Source: a virus. From it: a stretch of 64,000 bases of DNA. Of this stretch, positions 9,263 through 18,832 are shown piece by piece (within the stretch, counting starts at the first letter, position 1; every line of letters begins with the position of its first letter). Under the pieces are notes generated by a model. The model was not told the origin of the DNA and did not search any database. It saw only the letters and a list, made by a program, of their open reading frames with translations. A program made the translations under genes and the position numbers. The stretch is from positions 73,812 through 137,811 of the IMG/VR virus record IMGVR_UViG_3300036770_005682. The stretch is one strand, 5' to 3'.

Positions 9263-10291
9263 CTAGTTTAGCACCAACGAATGAGTTAGCAATTTTTTCT
9301 GAGTGACACTTGATGTATCGTCCATTGACGCCATCGCATTGCTGTACTTGTCATCTGTTCTTGAGTGGTCTAAGAACTCACCTATTGCGTTATACAAAGC
9401 CCACCCATTAAAGCCATATCCGCCTGCATTGCGGTCATTCATATAAATGTCGAGCACGTGCTCAATCAGTGATTCCCTATTTTGCTTCTGTCTTTCTGTC
9501 TCATTGCGCTGAGCGGGGAACACGCCATTGATTACATCGCTGAGTTTTTTGCTTCGCAGAGGGGTGTTTATGGAAAGCATGCGCTCGGCTTCCTTCTTGA
9601 AAGAATCGCTCCATGCAGTAGAAAGGCGCAGCACTGTCTTGGCGTCATCTATTACTGTGTCGACATTTCTTGTGTGGCGAGCAGTGAAGACGCGCTCAGC
9701 GTTGCGAAGGCCGAGGACAACGGTGTTATTGCAGACAGCACGAATGTCGGTGTTGGCGTAACGAATTGGCCACACACCATCATGCCCTGTTGACACGACC
9801 AGGTAACGAGCAATCTTGTCATTGACTCCGGCTGGGTCAACGAATGTTGCACCCATCTCAATAGTGGCGAAGAAACGAGCTCCACCTCGGAGACATCCGA
9901 CAGTATCCATGACAGCATCGCCGGATGAAGCACCAACAACTGCTAGCGCCCTCTCTAGTACTTCCCTGTTCTGCCTGACGACATAACGGGTGCCCACTGT
10001 CGCGATTGGGTCAATACTGCCGTCAGTATTTTGACGAACAGTTGCCCTGCTGTCATTGATAATCACTACAGAGCCGTCTGAATTGCGTATTAGTTCGCCA
10101 TTGTCGTCCACTGCGGCTACGCGTGTCAGGAGTACGTCATAATCAGCATCGGCTGCTTCTAGCATCGCATCAACCGTCTGGAGACCAGCCATGGGTGTTC
10201 CAAGCCTGTGCCAGGGGATTACCCTGTCACCCCCTGTGGCATAAGCCATGCGAGCTTCGCCGTTTGCCCTGAAATCTAGTTCGTGACTCAT
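9263..10291 (-). CDS. DUF932 family phage/plasmid protein
   Basis: PWHRLG, VG.RY...QN.E, GHDG, IRAVCNNT, RHT, W..YNA..E..DH motifs. Confidence 0.88.
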   Translation of the reverse strand: MSHELDFRANGEARMAYATGGDRVIPWHRLGTPMAGLQTVDAMLEAADADYDVLLTRVAAVDDNGELIRNSDGSVVIINDSRATVRQNTDGSIDPIATVGTRYVVRQNREVLERALAVVGASSGDAVMDTVGCLRGGARFFATIEMGATFVDPAGVNDKIARYLVVSTGHDGVWPIRYANTDIRAVCNNTVVLGLRNAERVFTARHTRNVDTVIDDAKTVLRLSTAWSDSFKKEAERMLSINTPLRSKKLSDVINGVFPAQRNETERQKQNRESLIEHVLDIYMNDRNAGGYGFNGWALYNAIGEFLDHSRTDDKYSNAMASMDDTSSVTQKKLLTHSLVLN

Positions 10292-10360
10292 ATAAATTCA
10301 CCTGGAAGTACAATAGCAGCAAGGCTTTGCGGGGGGCAGAACATTTTCTGTGCTAAGGGG

Positions 10361-10390
10361 TTGCAAATCCCTTGAACTCATGTCTATCAT
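10361..10390 (+). promoter_or_regulatory. sigma-A-type promoter
   Basis: TTGCAA-18bp-TATCAT upstream of AAGGA SD and ATG 10437. Confidence 0.55.
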
Positions 10391-10436
10391 GACTCCATCC
10401 CCAACGTAGGGTTGGGGCCTTACCCGAAGGAAACCT

Positions 10437-11474
10437 ATGATTATCAAGGGAACCGACGCGGCGAAGACACCCGCGACTGGCACGGCAGACACCGTGAGCA
10501 TCATCAACACTGGAATCCAGACTCTTGGTTCATACAACCATGGTCGTGGGCTGACTATGAACGACATTGTCGTGACGTCTCTTACCCAGCCTGGCCACGT
10601 GATGAAGGCAACAATCACCCCAGAGCTTGCTCAGGCAATGCTTGAAACAATCAATGGCGAAAATCGCCCGCTGTCCCATGCCCGCGTCAAGCAGTATGCA
10701 GACGTCTTGACCCGCGGCCAGTACGTGTTCAACGGGGAATCAATCCAGGTTGGAGTCAAGGATGACAACACACTCGTCCTGCTCAATGGTCAACACCGCC
10801 TCAGTGCATGCGTGACATCCGGTGTGTCGTTCGACACAGTGCTTGTTCTCGGCCTCCCTCAGACAGTGTTCTCCACAATCGACCGTGGCAAGACCCGCAG
10901 TCATGCCGATGTGCTGTCCGTTGCTGGATACAAGAACACTCACAACATCCAGCCTGCAGCACGTATTCTCGTGTCGATGGAGGCAGGATTCAGCCCGACA
11001 GTGCGTTCAACCCTGAACCTCGTCACCGCTGAGGACATCCTGCAGTACGTCAAGAACAACGAGGAGTTGCTCCAGGAGGCGCATGCGATTGCCTGCCGCA
11101 TCAACTCTGTCGTTGGAGGCATCAGCAGCGCATGGATTATCGCCTACGTCCGCTTGATGCAGGAGCGCCAGGCTGCTGGACACTCTGGCATCGAGGTCGC
11201 TCAGTTCTGCCACATCGTGGAGACGGGAATCGGCCTCTCGTTTGGGAACCCTGCTCTCGCACTGCGTCAGTGGTTTGGGCGTGGCGGCTCCAAGCGCAAG
11301 GGCGCATCTGGCAAGAACGTACTGGAAGCAGCAACAATCATCACGACTTTCAACAAGTGGGTCAATGGTGAGGCTCTCCAGGTCTGTCGTCCTTGGTCTG
11401 CAGACTCAACTGACTTCCCGTCAGTCACGACGGCACCACTCAGCGCAACTGCCATTTGGCACATTGGTCGCTAA
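10437..11474 (+). CDS. ParB/Srx-like N-terminal domain protein
   Basis: ITPELA..ML, NRPLS...V..YA, NGESI, LLNGQHRL.A, TIDRG..R motifs. Confidence 0.75.
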   Translation: MIIKGTDAAKTPATGTADTVSIINTGIQTLGSYNHGRGLTMNDIVVTSLTQPGHVMKATITPELAQAMLETINGENRPLSHARVKQYADVLTRGQYVFNGESIQVGVKDDNTLVLLNGQHRLSACVTSGVSFDTVLVLGLPQTVFSTIDRGKTRSHADVLSVAGYKNTHNIQPAARILVSMEAGFSPTVRSTLNLVTAEDILQYVKNNEELLQEAHAIACRINSVVGGISSAWIIAYVRLMQERQAAGHSGIEVAQFCHIVETGIGLSFGNPALALRQWFGRGGSKRKGASGKNVLEAATIITTFNKWVNGEALQVCRPWSADSTDFPSVTTAPLSATAIWHIGR

Positions 11475-11573
11475 TGATTAAGGCGCTCTGAGAAGCGCTA
11501 TCATCGTTTGGAACGTTCGTCAGCGTCGCACAAGTTCGAACGCGGCGCTGGCGAACTCCATACGGGAGGAAAT

Positions 11574-11810
11574 ATGCCAGTTGAATATGGACACGGAGTG
11601 AAGCAACACCTCTCGGATACCGAAGGTGCCATCACCCAATACACAAAATGGTTTGAAATGCATGGGTATGACTACAGCCTCATGTATCAGAACAAGTCTT
11701 TCTACGTTTTGGCCTACAAGCGTGGAACAAGCGAAACAATCCGCTGCGAAGCCGCTGACACCGTGCAAGCAGCACTACATAACGCTTATTGCAAAATTAA
11801 ATACAAGTGA
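11574..11810 (+). CDS. hypothetical protein
   Basis: GGGAGG SD before ATG 11574. Confidence 0.65.
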   Translation: MPVEYGHGVKQHLSDTEGAITQYTKWFEMHGYDYSLMYQNKSFYVLAYKRGTSETIRCEAADTVQAALHNAYCKIKYK

Positions 11811-11816
11811 GGGGTA

Positions 11817-12236
11817 ATGCAAACCTTTGTACCTTATGACACGTTCGCTCTGTCTGCGGCATGTCTTGATTATCGTCGCCTTGGGAAACAGCGGGTAGAG
11901 ACCTACCAACTTCTCCGCGCAAACCTTGGTATTGCTGGCGGGTGGAAGAACCATCCTGCTGCAGTGATGTGGCGCGACAACCCCAACGGCCTCATTGCAT
12001 ATGGCGTCGCAATGTGTGATGAATGGGTCAAGCGTGGCTACAAAGACACAACAAAAGAGAAAATTCTTGCGCTTGGAGAATCAAACGCATTAGACCTTCC
12101 TTGGTGGTGGGGAGATGAGGCCGTGCACTCTTCGCATCGTTCTAACCTGCTCCGCAAGGACGCCGTATGGTATTCCCAGTGGGAATGGGAAGACGACCCA
12201 AATGCACCATATGTCTGGCCCGCGCTTGTAGCATGA
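11817..12236 (+). CDS. pyrimidine-dimer DNA glycosylase-like protein (MSMEG_6728 family)
   Basis: MQTF.PY, LD..RLGKQRVE, HPA..MW, H.SHRSNLLRKD. Confidence 0.88.
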   Translation: MQTFVPYDTFALSAACLDYRRLGKQRVETYQLLRANLGIAGGWKNHPAAVMWRDNPNGLIAYGVAMCDEWVKRGYKDTTKEKILALGESNALDLPWWWGDEAVHSSHRSNLLRKDAVWYSQWEWEDDPNAPYVWPALVA

Positions 12237-12240
12237 TTGC

Positions 12241-12435
12241 ATGAACCGCCGAACCTTCCTCCGCAGTGCTGGCTCCATTGCAGCAATCTCCCCGGTTGTG
12301 CTGATGTCGAAGCTCGCTGATATTGGACGACAAAAACGTGAACCAATGCAGCCGATGAAAACAGGTCAAGTGCTAACTGCCTCGTACCTCAACGAAATCA
12401 CAGACCGAATAAATGAATTAGAGCAGCGCCTGTGA
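12241..12435 (+). CDS. small protein with twin-arginine-like N-terminus
   Basis: MNRRTFLR followed by a hydrophobic stretch. Confidence 0.6.
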   Translation: MNRRTFLRSAGSIAAISPVVLMSKLADIGRQKREPMQPMKTGQVLTASYLNEITDRINELEQRL

Positions 12436-13583
12436 CACGACAACGCCTATTTCTTGATATGACATGTGTCGATGCCGCGCGTGAGCGCATGCGTCACGTA
12501 TACGACACATTTGACACTGTGTGTGTACAGTTCTCAGGCGGGAAGGACAGTACTGCTGTTCTATATCTAGCTAAAGAGATTCACGAAGAACGAGGCCTAG
12601 GACCAGTTAAAGTCATCTTCCGTGACGAAGAAATGGTCTCACCTGCAGTAATCAGGTTCATTGAAGAAGTCCGTGATTACGACTGGGTGGATATGGAGTG
12701 GTACTGCCTACCCACCGGACAAGAGGTATGGGTGCTTGGTCGGCGCGAATACTGTCTGCTGTGGTCCCCATACAGGGCTTCGCAGGGGCGATTGGTCAGA
12801 GAGATGCCGCCATACGCTATTCGTGCAGAGCACTTCGGGTTGAACCCCTCAGAAGTGCTGCCGCAGTCAATCGATTACTACACAATGCAGGGTAAAAAGG
12901 GGCGTGTTGCGTTCCTCACAGGGGTGCGGGCTAATGAATCAATGATTCGCTACCGCTCCTGTGTGCAAAAGCTGCATGAAAACTACATCGTCACCCCTTA
13001 CCGCATGAAGAAAAATATCCCCCTGCGGTTTGCTAAAGTTATATATGACTGGACAACAGACGACGTGCTCAAATTCATTACTGAAGAGCACGGTGCGACG
13101 TACTGTGAGTATTATGACCGCGCTGCGATTACAGGGTCTAATACAAGGGTTGGTATACCTCTCCATGCTGTGGCAATTCGAAGACTCAATGATGTCTGCA
13201 ATACGGAGCCAGAGTTCTATGACCGACTCTACGAATGCTTCCCCCACATCGACGCCCAAAGGCGACTCTGGGCAGACTACGACCTAGACGCCCGCATCAT
13301 GTCATACGCAATAGACGGTTGGAATGGTGTTCGCCGTTGCGTGGAGGAGAACATCGTCACTCCTGGATTGAAGAACCGAGCTATGGCGTTTTGTTCCGAG
13401 TTTCGCAAAAAGCACAACAAAGACCCACGCTCTTACCCTCTGCATTGGTTGGTGCGAAATCTTCTGATTAATGAATTCAGCGTCACTTCGGTAACACCAA
13501 TTGGACCAGGCACACGTGCCTACACGATTCAATCACAAATCGATGAGTCGCTAGACAGGTTTGATGAGATTATTGATGGCTGA
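12432..13583 (+). CDS. PAPS-reductase family protein (IbrA/DUF3440-like)
   Basis: FSGGKDS PP-loop, F.DEE, GVRANES..R, IYDW...DV. Confidence 0.85.
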   Translation: MTRQRLFLDMTCVDAARERMRHVYDTFDTVCVQFSGGKDSTAVLYLAKEIHEERGLGPVKVIFRDEEMVSPAVIRFIEEVRDYDWVDMEWYCLPTGQEVWVLGRREYCLLWSPYRASQGRLVREMPPYAIRAEHFGLNPSEVLPQSIDYYTMQGKKGRVAFLTGVRANESMIRYRSCVQKLHENYIVTPYRMKKNIPLRFAKVIYDWTTDDVLKFITEEHGATYCEYYDRAAITGSNTRVGIPLHAVAIRRLNDVCNTEPEFYDRLYECFPHIDAQRRLWADYDLDARIMSYAIDGWNGVRRCVEENIVTPGLKNRAMAFCSEFRKKHNKDPRSYPLHWLVRNLLINEFSVTSVTPIGPGTRAYTIQSQIDESLDRFDEIIDG

Positions 13584-13991
13584 GGGCCCCAAAAACACCA
13601 TCGCCTGAGACACGACCATCTCTCCTGTCTCTGTCTCCGCAACGATTAGCTCGACATCGGATACCGTCACGCCCAGTGCGGCTGCAAGCGAAGCCCGCAT
13701 GCGACCCACTTCCTGCTCCTTGGTTGCTATTTCTGTAGCGAATACATCATGGATGTCGGCAGTGTCTACAAACACGGGTGAAGCGCTGGCTAGTGTCGCG
13801 AGTGTGTCTTCTGCCATCTTTGCTTTGACACAGCCTGTGCAGGCAATGTATTTAGTGCCTGAAACCCGCTTCCTGGTCTCGGTGTGGCCACACTCCAGCC
13901 TGTGCAGGTACTCAACATGCCCCCAGTGGCCAGTTTTGATTATTTCAAGTACCGCCCTTTGTGGGGCACTCTTCTTGTTAATCTTCATCAT
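13551..13991 (-). CDS. hypothetical protein with LECGH...CTGC Zn site
   Basis: ORF with Cys/His motif, in an operon. Confidence 0.7.
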   Translation of the reverse strand: MMKINKKSAPQRAVLEIIKTGHWGHVEYLHRLECGHTETRKRVSGTKYIACTGCVKAKMAEDTLATLASASPVFVDTADIHDVFATEIATKEQEVGRMRASLAAALGVTVSDVELIVAETETGEMVVSQAMVFLGPSAINNLIKPV

Positions 13992-14148
13992 CTTCAAACA
14001 TATCAGCGATGAGCTTGGTGAATTCGTGGAATTCTGGGGTTAGCTTGAACAACGGTTCACCGTCGAAGCCTTCACCGATGAATTCAACCAGCCCGTTCTC
14101 GAGCATGAAAAATAACTGCCACTCGAGTTCCCACTCGTCGTCAGTCAT
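13978..14148 (-). CDS. small acidic protein (56 aa, MTDDEWELEW...)
   Basis: Read manually; overlaps both flanking genes, typical of coupled operons. Confidence 0.65.
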   Translation of the reverse strand: MTDDEWELEWQLFFMLENGLVEFIGEGFDGEPLFKLTPEFHEFTKLIADMFEDDED

Positions 14149-16123
14149 CCACTCCATTTAATTTGCTCCGGCGTAAGCCTTCTGCAAAGTAGTCAAGAAC
14201 AAGCTGCTGGTTTCCATCACTAAATTCTACATCGCTATTCGTATGAATAGCTTCTAGGTCGTTACCTTCTGTGGCTTGATTGACAACATCGCGCTTCGAC
14301 TCGATGAGACCATAAATCTTTTCATCGATTGTCCCTTCAGCGAGAATGTACGTAGCCATGACGGAGCCCTTCTGTCCAATGCGATGGCAACGACTATAAG
14401 TTTGGTCGACATCGGCGGGCGTCCATGGAAGCTCAACAAACACGACATCCTGTGCTGCAGTTAGTGTGTGACCCGTCTTTGCTGCCTGGATGGAGAGAAC
14501 CATCACGGGAGCGTCGTCTATCGGCATCGTCTGGAAAAGGCGCTTGTTCTCTTCGACGTCCTCTACCCTCATGCCGCCTTGAATCTTTAGGCCCCCGTAC
14601 TTCTTTGCAATGAGGTCAACTATTTCTCGGTGGTGAGCCGCAACAACAACCTTGTCTCCGGCTGTCAGTTTTCCGTCAATCCACTCATTCACCGCATCCA
14701 TCTTTGCCTTGGCAGCAAGACGGCGAAGCACGGATATTCGGACTAGGTGTTCATTGGATTCAGCTTTGATGCGGGCCTGCACGGCTGCAGAGTATGGAGA
14801 CTTGCCGAGTTCCTTGGCTAGCTCTTTGGCGCGATTTGCCATGTACTCGATGATGTCGTCTTCAGCCTTGGTGTATTCAGCCATGGCTGTGGGGTTGGGT
14901 GCAACAACTATCTTCGAATGCCGTACGGGTGGCAGCTCTTCGAGTACATCTGCTTTGATGCGGCGGATATAACACTGGCTGCGCAGCATGTCATTCAGTT
15001 CGTCAAGATGTGATGCACCGTCGATATGCCACTGCCCGAACCTGTCGCGGAATGCTCCGCAGTACCGCCGGTAGAACCCCCACAGGCCGCCAAACTTGTT
15101 TAGGTTCCCCAGGATGTCCAGCTGGCTGGCATACTCGGCTGGCCGGTTGGTTATTGGTGTACCAGTGAGACACAGAACAATTCCCTCTTTGGGGGCGGAA
15201 CGAGCCATCTTGACGGCAGCCTTGGTCCGCTTTGCCGTAGGCGTCTTTGCGTAGTGCGACTCATCGTAAACATACGACCGATGACCCTTTAATTCATTCT
15301 GCCAGTGGTCAATGTTGCTATACCCAACAACAAGGACATCATAAGTCCCAGCTTCAGGGAAGTCTTTGCGGTTAGTGACCGTTGCGACACGTCGTAGTGG
15401 CAGCCACTTTTCGTATTCCTTTGCCCAGTTGAGAACGAGGGTTGGAGGACAAACGACTACAGCCGGGTAGGAGTCATGGACGTACTCGAGAGTTGCTATG
15501 GCTTGCATTGTTTTGCCTAGGCCCATGTCATCGGCAATGAAGCAGCGGCGCGCATTGGCCGCATATTTGACCCCGGCACGCTGGTAGGGGAGAAGTTCGC
15601 CCTGGAGATTCGGTATCCGTATCTCCGCATCTCGTGCCCTGGATGCTGCGATGGTCTCGTTCTTGCTCTTCTCCATAGCGGAGGCAATAACCCTGACCCG
15701 CTCGGCTATCGGTTCATCGAACTTGTCGGCCCAGGCTATGGCGTCATGAATAACCGCCAGTGGGACTCGCCATGCCTTTGTTGGTGGGTGCCATGTAACG
15801 GATGGCAACGACTTGACAGAACGCACTTTTACTGGGTCATACAAAAAACTGAGATACACCCAGTCTTCGTCAACGTAGACACCGGCGGCTTTGTTGGTCG
15901 ACTCTGGCAGATTGAACTTGAGTACCTCATTGTCAACTTTGAACCGGTTACGCTCGGCAAACTCACGGGCTTCGTGCAGGCTAGTCATGGGTATGCGCCA
16001 CACCCTGGCTACCTTGTCCCACTTTGACCCCGGTATCGCCTTGACTTGAGATACTTGCTCAGCGTTGTATGGGAAAGATGCGGCAAGGTGGTCATCCCAA
16101 ATAAATAGCGTACTATCATCCAT
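14141..16123 (-). CDS. SNF2-family helicase with two N-terminal HARP-like domains (SMARCAL1-like)
   Basis: Two F.Y...V..VK..P...W......WR.P repeats; ADDMGLGKT, DESH, TGTP, SRCHRIGQ. Confidence 0.9.
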   Translation of the reverse strand: MDDSTLFIWDDHLAASFPYNAEQVSQVKAIPGSKWDKVARVWRIPMTSLHEAREFAERNRFKVDNEVLKFNLPESTNKAAGVYVDEDWVYLSFLYDPVKVRSVKSLPSVTWHPPTKAWRVPLAVIHDAIAWADKFDEPIAERVRVIASAMEKSKNETIAASRARDAEIRIPNLQGELLPYQRAGVKYAANARRCFIADDMGLGKTMQAIATLEYVHDSYPAVVVCPPTLVLNWAKEYEKWLPLRRVATVTNRKDFPEAGTYDVLVVGYSNIDHWQNELKGHRSYVYDESHYAKTPTAKRTKAAVKMARSAPKEGIVLCLTGTPITNRPAEYASQLDILGNLNKFGGLWGFYRRYCGAFRDRFGQWHIDGASHLDELNDMLRSQCYIRRIKADVLEELPPVRHSKIVVAPNPTAMAEYTKAEDDIIEYMANRAKELAKELGKSPYSAAVQARIKAESNEHLVRISVLRRLAAKAKMDAVNEWIDGKLTAGDKVVVAAHHREIVDLIAKKYGGLKIQGGMRVEDVEENKRLFQTMPIDDAPVMVLSIQAAKTGHTLTAAQDVVFVELPWTPADVDQTYSRCHRIGQKGSVMATYILAEGTIDEKIYGLIESKRDVVNQATEGNDLEAIHTNSDVEFSDGNQQLVLDYFAEGLRRSKLNGVDD

Positions 16124-16158
16124 GAACAGAAGTCTAATGCGTTAAGGATTGGAAGACA

Positions 16159-16473
16159 ATGCCGGAAGAAGTATTTTACGACCCAGAAGACGTGTCTCGT
16201 TCGTGGACCGAATTGAACATCGGCACACCCGGTATACGCACTACTCCACCGTTGCTCGAGTACTTGGAGCTGCTCGAGTCAGTCCGGTGGATGCTGCCGC
16301 GCGTAATGGCCTACTACTCCGAGCAGGACTGGTGTGCTGGTTGGCTTGTAGACCTCGAAAAGATACTTCCCGACCGCTACCCACAAATAGGCGTAGCAGC
16401 TAAGCATCTTGGGTCAATCTGTACATACTGGGACGGCAGCGAAGGCAGTCCTGGTGAATGGGGAGAGTTTTAG
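16159..16473 (+). CDS. hypothetical protein
   Basis: 104 aa with SEQDWCAGW motif. Confidence 0.7.
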   Translation: MPEEVFYDPEDVSRSWTELNIGTPGIRTTPPLLEYLELLESVRWMLPRVMAYYSEQDWCAGWLVDLEKILPDRYPQIGVAAKHLGSICTYWDGSEGSPGEWGEF

Positions 16474-16811
16474 TCTTCTCCCCGCAACGAACGTCGGTTA
16501 GCGTTGCGCTTTGACACCCTGATGTAGCCGTCAAGTCCCTTGGCTGTTATTGAATACTGGCCATTCGGAAGTTTCTGGATGAAACCCATCGTGGCGAGCT
16601 TCTTTATTGCATTGGTGAACATTTCCTTCTTGGGTGGAGAGGTAACTCGAAATGAGCAGTAGTCCTCATAACTGAAAATCCCACTCGGTCGTATCTTCCG
16701 CACAAAGAACGCGTATCCGAGAACCCTCTCAGCCCAAGAGTTGCGATTGAGAACCTTGAATGGGATTCCATAGTCTGGGTAACGCTGGTCCCACGGGATT
16801 TGCTTAGACAT
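16470..16811 (-). CDS. winged-helix-like protein
   Basis: AIKKL..MGFI......YSIT.KG pattern. Confidence 0.55.
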   Translation of the reverse strand: MSKQIPWDQRYPDYGIPFKVLNRNSWAERVLGYAFFVRKIRPSGIFSYEDYCSFRVTSPPKKEMFTNAIKKLATMGFIQKLPNGQYSITAKGLDGYIRVSKRNANRRSLRGED

Positions 16812-16920
16812 ACTGGCAGTCTACGGCCGCCACCACAAAATCAAACATACGGGGCTTTTAAGAACCCCGTTATTAAAAGCCGGGGCTGCGAAGCAGTTGT
16901 GAAGCGAGGTGTTCTGGGGC

Positions 16921-16953
16921 AAAACAAAAGGGGCGCACCAGAAGGTACGCCCC
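16921..16953 (-). terminator. intrinsic terminator
   Basis: GGGGCGTACC/GGTGCGCCCC stem then TTTTGTTTT on the - strand. Confidence 0.7.
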
Positions 16954-16967
16954 CAAAGTTCAGGCTT

Positions 16968-17021
16968 TTATGATGTCGCCATCAAAGCGACTAACGCCAA
17001 AGTGACAACTACGGCAACCAT
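16968..17021 (-). CDS. 17-aa hydrophobic micropeptide MVAVVVTLALVALMATS
   Basis: Starts 1 nt after the stop of 17023..17217, GGGGGTGA SD, followed by a terminator. Confidence 0.55.
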   Translation of the reverse strand: MVAVVVTLALVALMATS

Positions 17022-17022
17022 C

Positions 17023-17217
17023 TCACCCCCCTATCTCGGCTGTTGGGTCAAAGTACGGGTCGGGTACTGTCGTATCCCACGGACACGGGTAGTGAAAGTA
17101 CTCGCAGTCGGGTACATCGCTCACGCCGAACTCCATTTTGGAACAAGCGAACGCTCCAAGACAGAGGCAGATGAACAACAAACCCCACCGCACGCACGAG
17201 CGTACGAAGTAGTACAT
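17023..17217 (-). CDS. small secreted/lipoprotein-like protein
   Basis: Hydrophobic N-terminus ending AFAC; AGAAAGGA SD; own promoter. Confidence 0.65.
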   Translation of the reverse strand: MYYFVRSCVRWGLLFICLCLGAFACSKMEFGVSDVPDCEYFHYPCPWDTTVPDPYFDPTAEIGG

Positions 17218-17249
17218 AACAGTCCTTTCTTAGGACTCCGCCCATCTGA

Positions 17250-17304
17250 AATGTACAGGTGACAAGAGCAAATGTCAAGGTTTTCGCCTGTGTTCTCCGT
17301 CACA
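17250..17304 (-). promoter_or_regulatory. sigma-A promoter with upstream CRP-like box
   Basis: TTGACA-17-TACATT (17278-17250); TGTGT-N6-TCACA at 17289-17304. Confidence 0.75.
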
Positions 17305-17790
17305 CGGCTCAAAGTCACCGAAAGCCGTCGGGCGACCTGCCGGAAGAACTCCAACTGACCGGCGATGCTGGCTCAACAGTCCCGTATAGCTCTTAGAGCT
17401 CTACGGGGCTAACGCGGCGGGAAGAAGGTTTCCTGCGGGAAGTTCCGCAACCTAACACGAAAAACTCAAAAGTCAAGTTTTTGGAACCTTGAAAATAAAG
17501 GATTTCAAGTTTTGGGTTTTTGAAAATAAAAAACAAGAAACTGAAAACTCGGTTTTGCCGTCGGCACGAGTGCCATCTGAGTCCCCGTGCGGCTGACCTC
17601 GGCAGCCCCGCCGCCAGCATCTCAAAAAGATTTGACGGTGGCGGAAGAGCGGGTTCGGGTCAGGGTTTTGTGCCAAACCTAGACGCTCAGAACGGCTCAG
17701 GCTGAAACGGGGTCACCGATACCGCAGAAGAGGACGAACTCCCGTGAGAGGGCGTGTGAGGGGGCTATCCGAGGCGTTTAGGGGCATGGC

Positions 17791-17821
17791 AAAGCCGACC
17801 CACCCAACTGGCAGGTCGGCT
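17791..17821 (-). terminator. intrinsic terminator
   Basis: AGCCGACC/GGTCGGCT stem followed by TT on the - strand. Confidence 0.55.
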
Positions 17822-17834
17822 CAACCGATAACTA

Positions 17835-17885
17835 CTAGACGAAGAACAGCGCAGTCAAGGCGATGACTACAACGATGGCGGTCAT
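17835..17885 (-). CDS. 16-aa hydrophobic micropeptide MTAIVVVIALTALFFV
   Basis: ATGA overlap with the stop of the upstream gene; followed by a terminator. Confidence 0.6.
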   Translation of the reverse strand: MTAIVVVIALTALFFV

Positions 17886-18154
17886 GCTTGGGGAATACCC
17901 AAAGCGGCGAGCGTTGGGTGCGTTGAGTGTGTTTCTCCCTGTGCGTCTACCCACACAACAACATCACGACGAGGTGGTTCTTGCCCGCATGGGTAAAAGG
18001 CTGCCTTGTGCCAACCCTTAGAGCCACAGTTGTCGCAGTAGCGTTCCCAGTCTTGCGGGTCGTCCCACCACGCATGAGTTGCGTAGTTCGCATCTGCTTC
18101 TTCTTGTGTCCCAGCGAAAGGGACTGGTTCGTTTATGAGTTGGATTACCTTCAT
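17882..18154 (-). CDS. hypothetical protein with CDNC motif, leaderless
   Basis: ATG is 7 nt downstream of a TACACT -10 element. Confidence 0.75.
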   Translation of the reverse strand: MKVIQLINEPVPFAGTQEEADANYATHAWWDDPQDWERYCDNCGSKGWHKAAFYPCGQEPPRRDVVVWVDAQGETHSTHPTLAALGIPQA

Positions 18155-18161
18155 GTTGTGA

Positions 18162-18190
18162 AGTGTACCTAGCACATCGCAGAAAGTCAA
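18162..18190 (-). promoter_or_regulatory. sigma-A promoter (leaderless)
   Basis: TTGACT-17-TACACT. Confidence 0.8.
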
Positions 18191-18364
18191 GCGATGTCGG
18201 AAGAAACTTTCGAGACCTTCCTGGACGCCTGGCTGATGAACCCGATAGTCCCGTATCCCCAAGATGGGTATACGGGGCTGATGGCACGGGAAGGAAAACT
18301 TCCGGAGTTGACTTTTCACGGGCGGCTTGTTAGGTTATGCGTTTTGGTGTTTTGAGGTTTTTCA

Positions 18365-18407
18365 CCACTTTTAGTGGTTTTTGAGCAAAGTTCGCCACGG
18401 AAAGTGG
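18365..18407. repeat. paired CCAC-N5-GTGG palindromes within A/T tracts (copy 1)
   Basis: CCACTTTTAGTGG at 18365 and CCACGGAAAGTGG at 18395, starts 30 bp apart. Confidence 0.75.
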
Positions 18408-18540
18408 CGATTCCGAGAAAAACAACAAAACAACAACGAAGTTCTCGCCCGCCGAACGTGCGCTGAGCCGACATCAACTGGGTCGTCTGCGGGGCTGATG
18501 ACCCAGTCACATTTACGACGGTGGCGGAAGACGGGCAACA

Positions 18541-18570
18541 AGAAAGCCCGCCCCCTTTCGGAGACGGGCT
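18541..18570 (-). terminator. intrinsic terminator
   Basis: AGCCCG...CCGAAAGG...CGGGCT then TTCT on the - strand. Confidence 0.65.
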
Positions 18571-18575
18571 CTTGG

Positions 18576-18626
18576 TCAAACTGCCAGCAGAAGAACAACT
18601 GCCAGCGTAATCACTAACGCTGTCAC
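18576..18626 (-). CDS. 16-aa hydrophobic micropeptide MTALVITLAVVLLLAV
   Basis: GTG 2 nt after the upstream stop, GAGGGG SD, followed by a terminator. Confidence 0.55.
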   Translation of the reverse strand: MTALVITLAVVLLLAV

Positions 18627-18628
18627 TC

Positions 18629-18826
18629 TTAGTTTGTGTCCCCCTCTTCGGGGGAAACGATGTAATCAACATCGCCCCAAACTATTTCGTGCTCTCGCAC
18701 TGCTTTTACTTTTCCCAATTCGTTGGTGATGAGGTCAAGGTATGCCTCCACCTTCGCTTCTGCTTCACTTTCTGACTTTGCGTCAAAAGTGTGAACCATC
18801 AGCGTGATGTTCGCTATGTATTTCAC
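18629..18826 (-). CDS. hypothetical protein, leaderless GTG start
   Basis: GTG 6 nt after a TACATT -10. Confidence 0.7.
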   Translation of the reverse strand: MKYIANITLMVHTFDAKSESEAEAKVEAYLDLITNELGKVKAVREHEIVWGDVDYIVSPEEGDTN

Positions 18827-18832
18827 AGGTGG

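Noticed and set aside
2726-16123. Introns or inteins in the RNR, primase-helicase or SNF2 genes
   Set aside because: The proteins have normal length with contiguous motifs and no splice-junction or homing-endonuclease signatures
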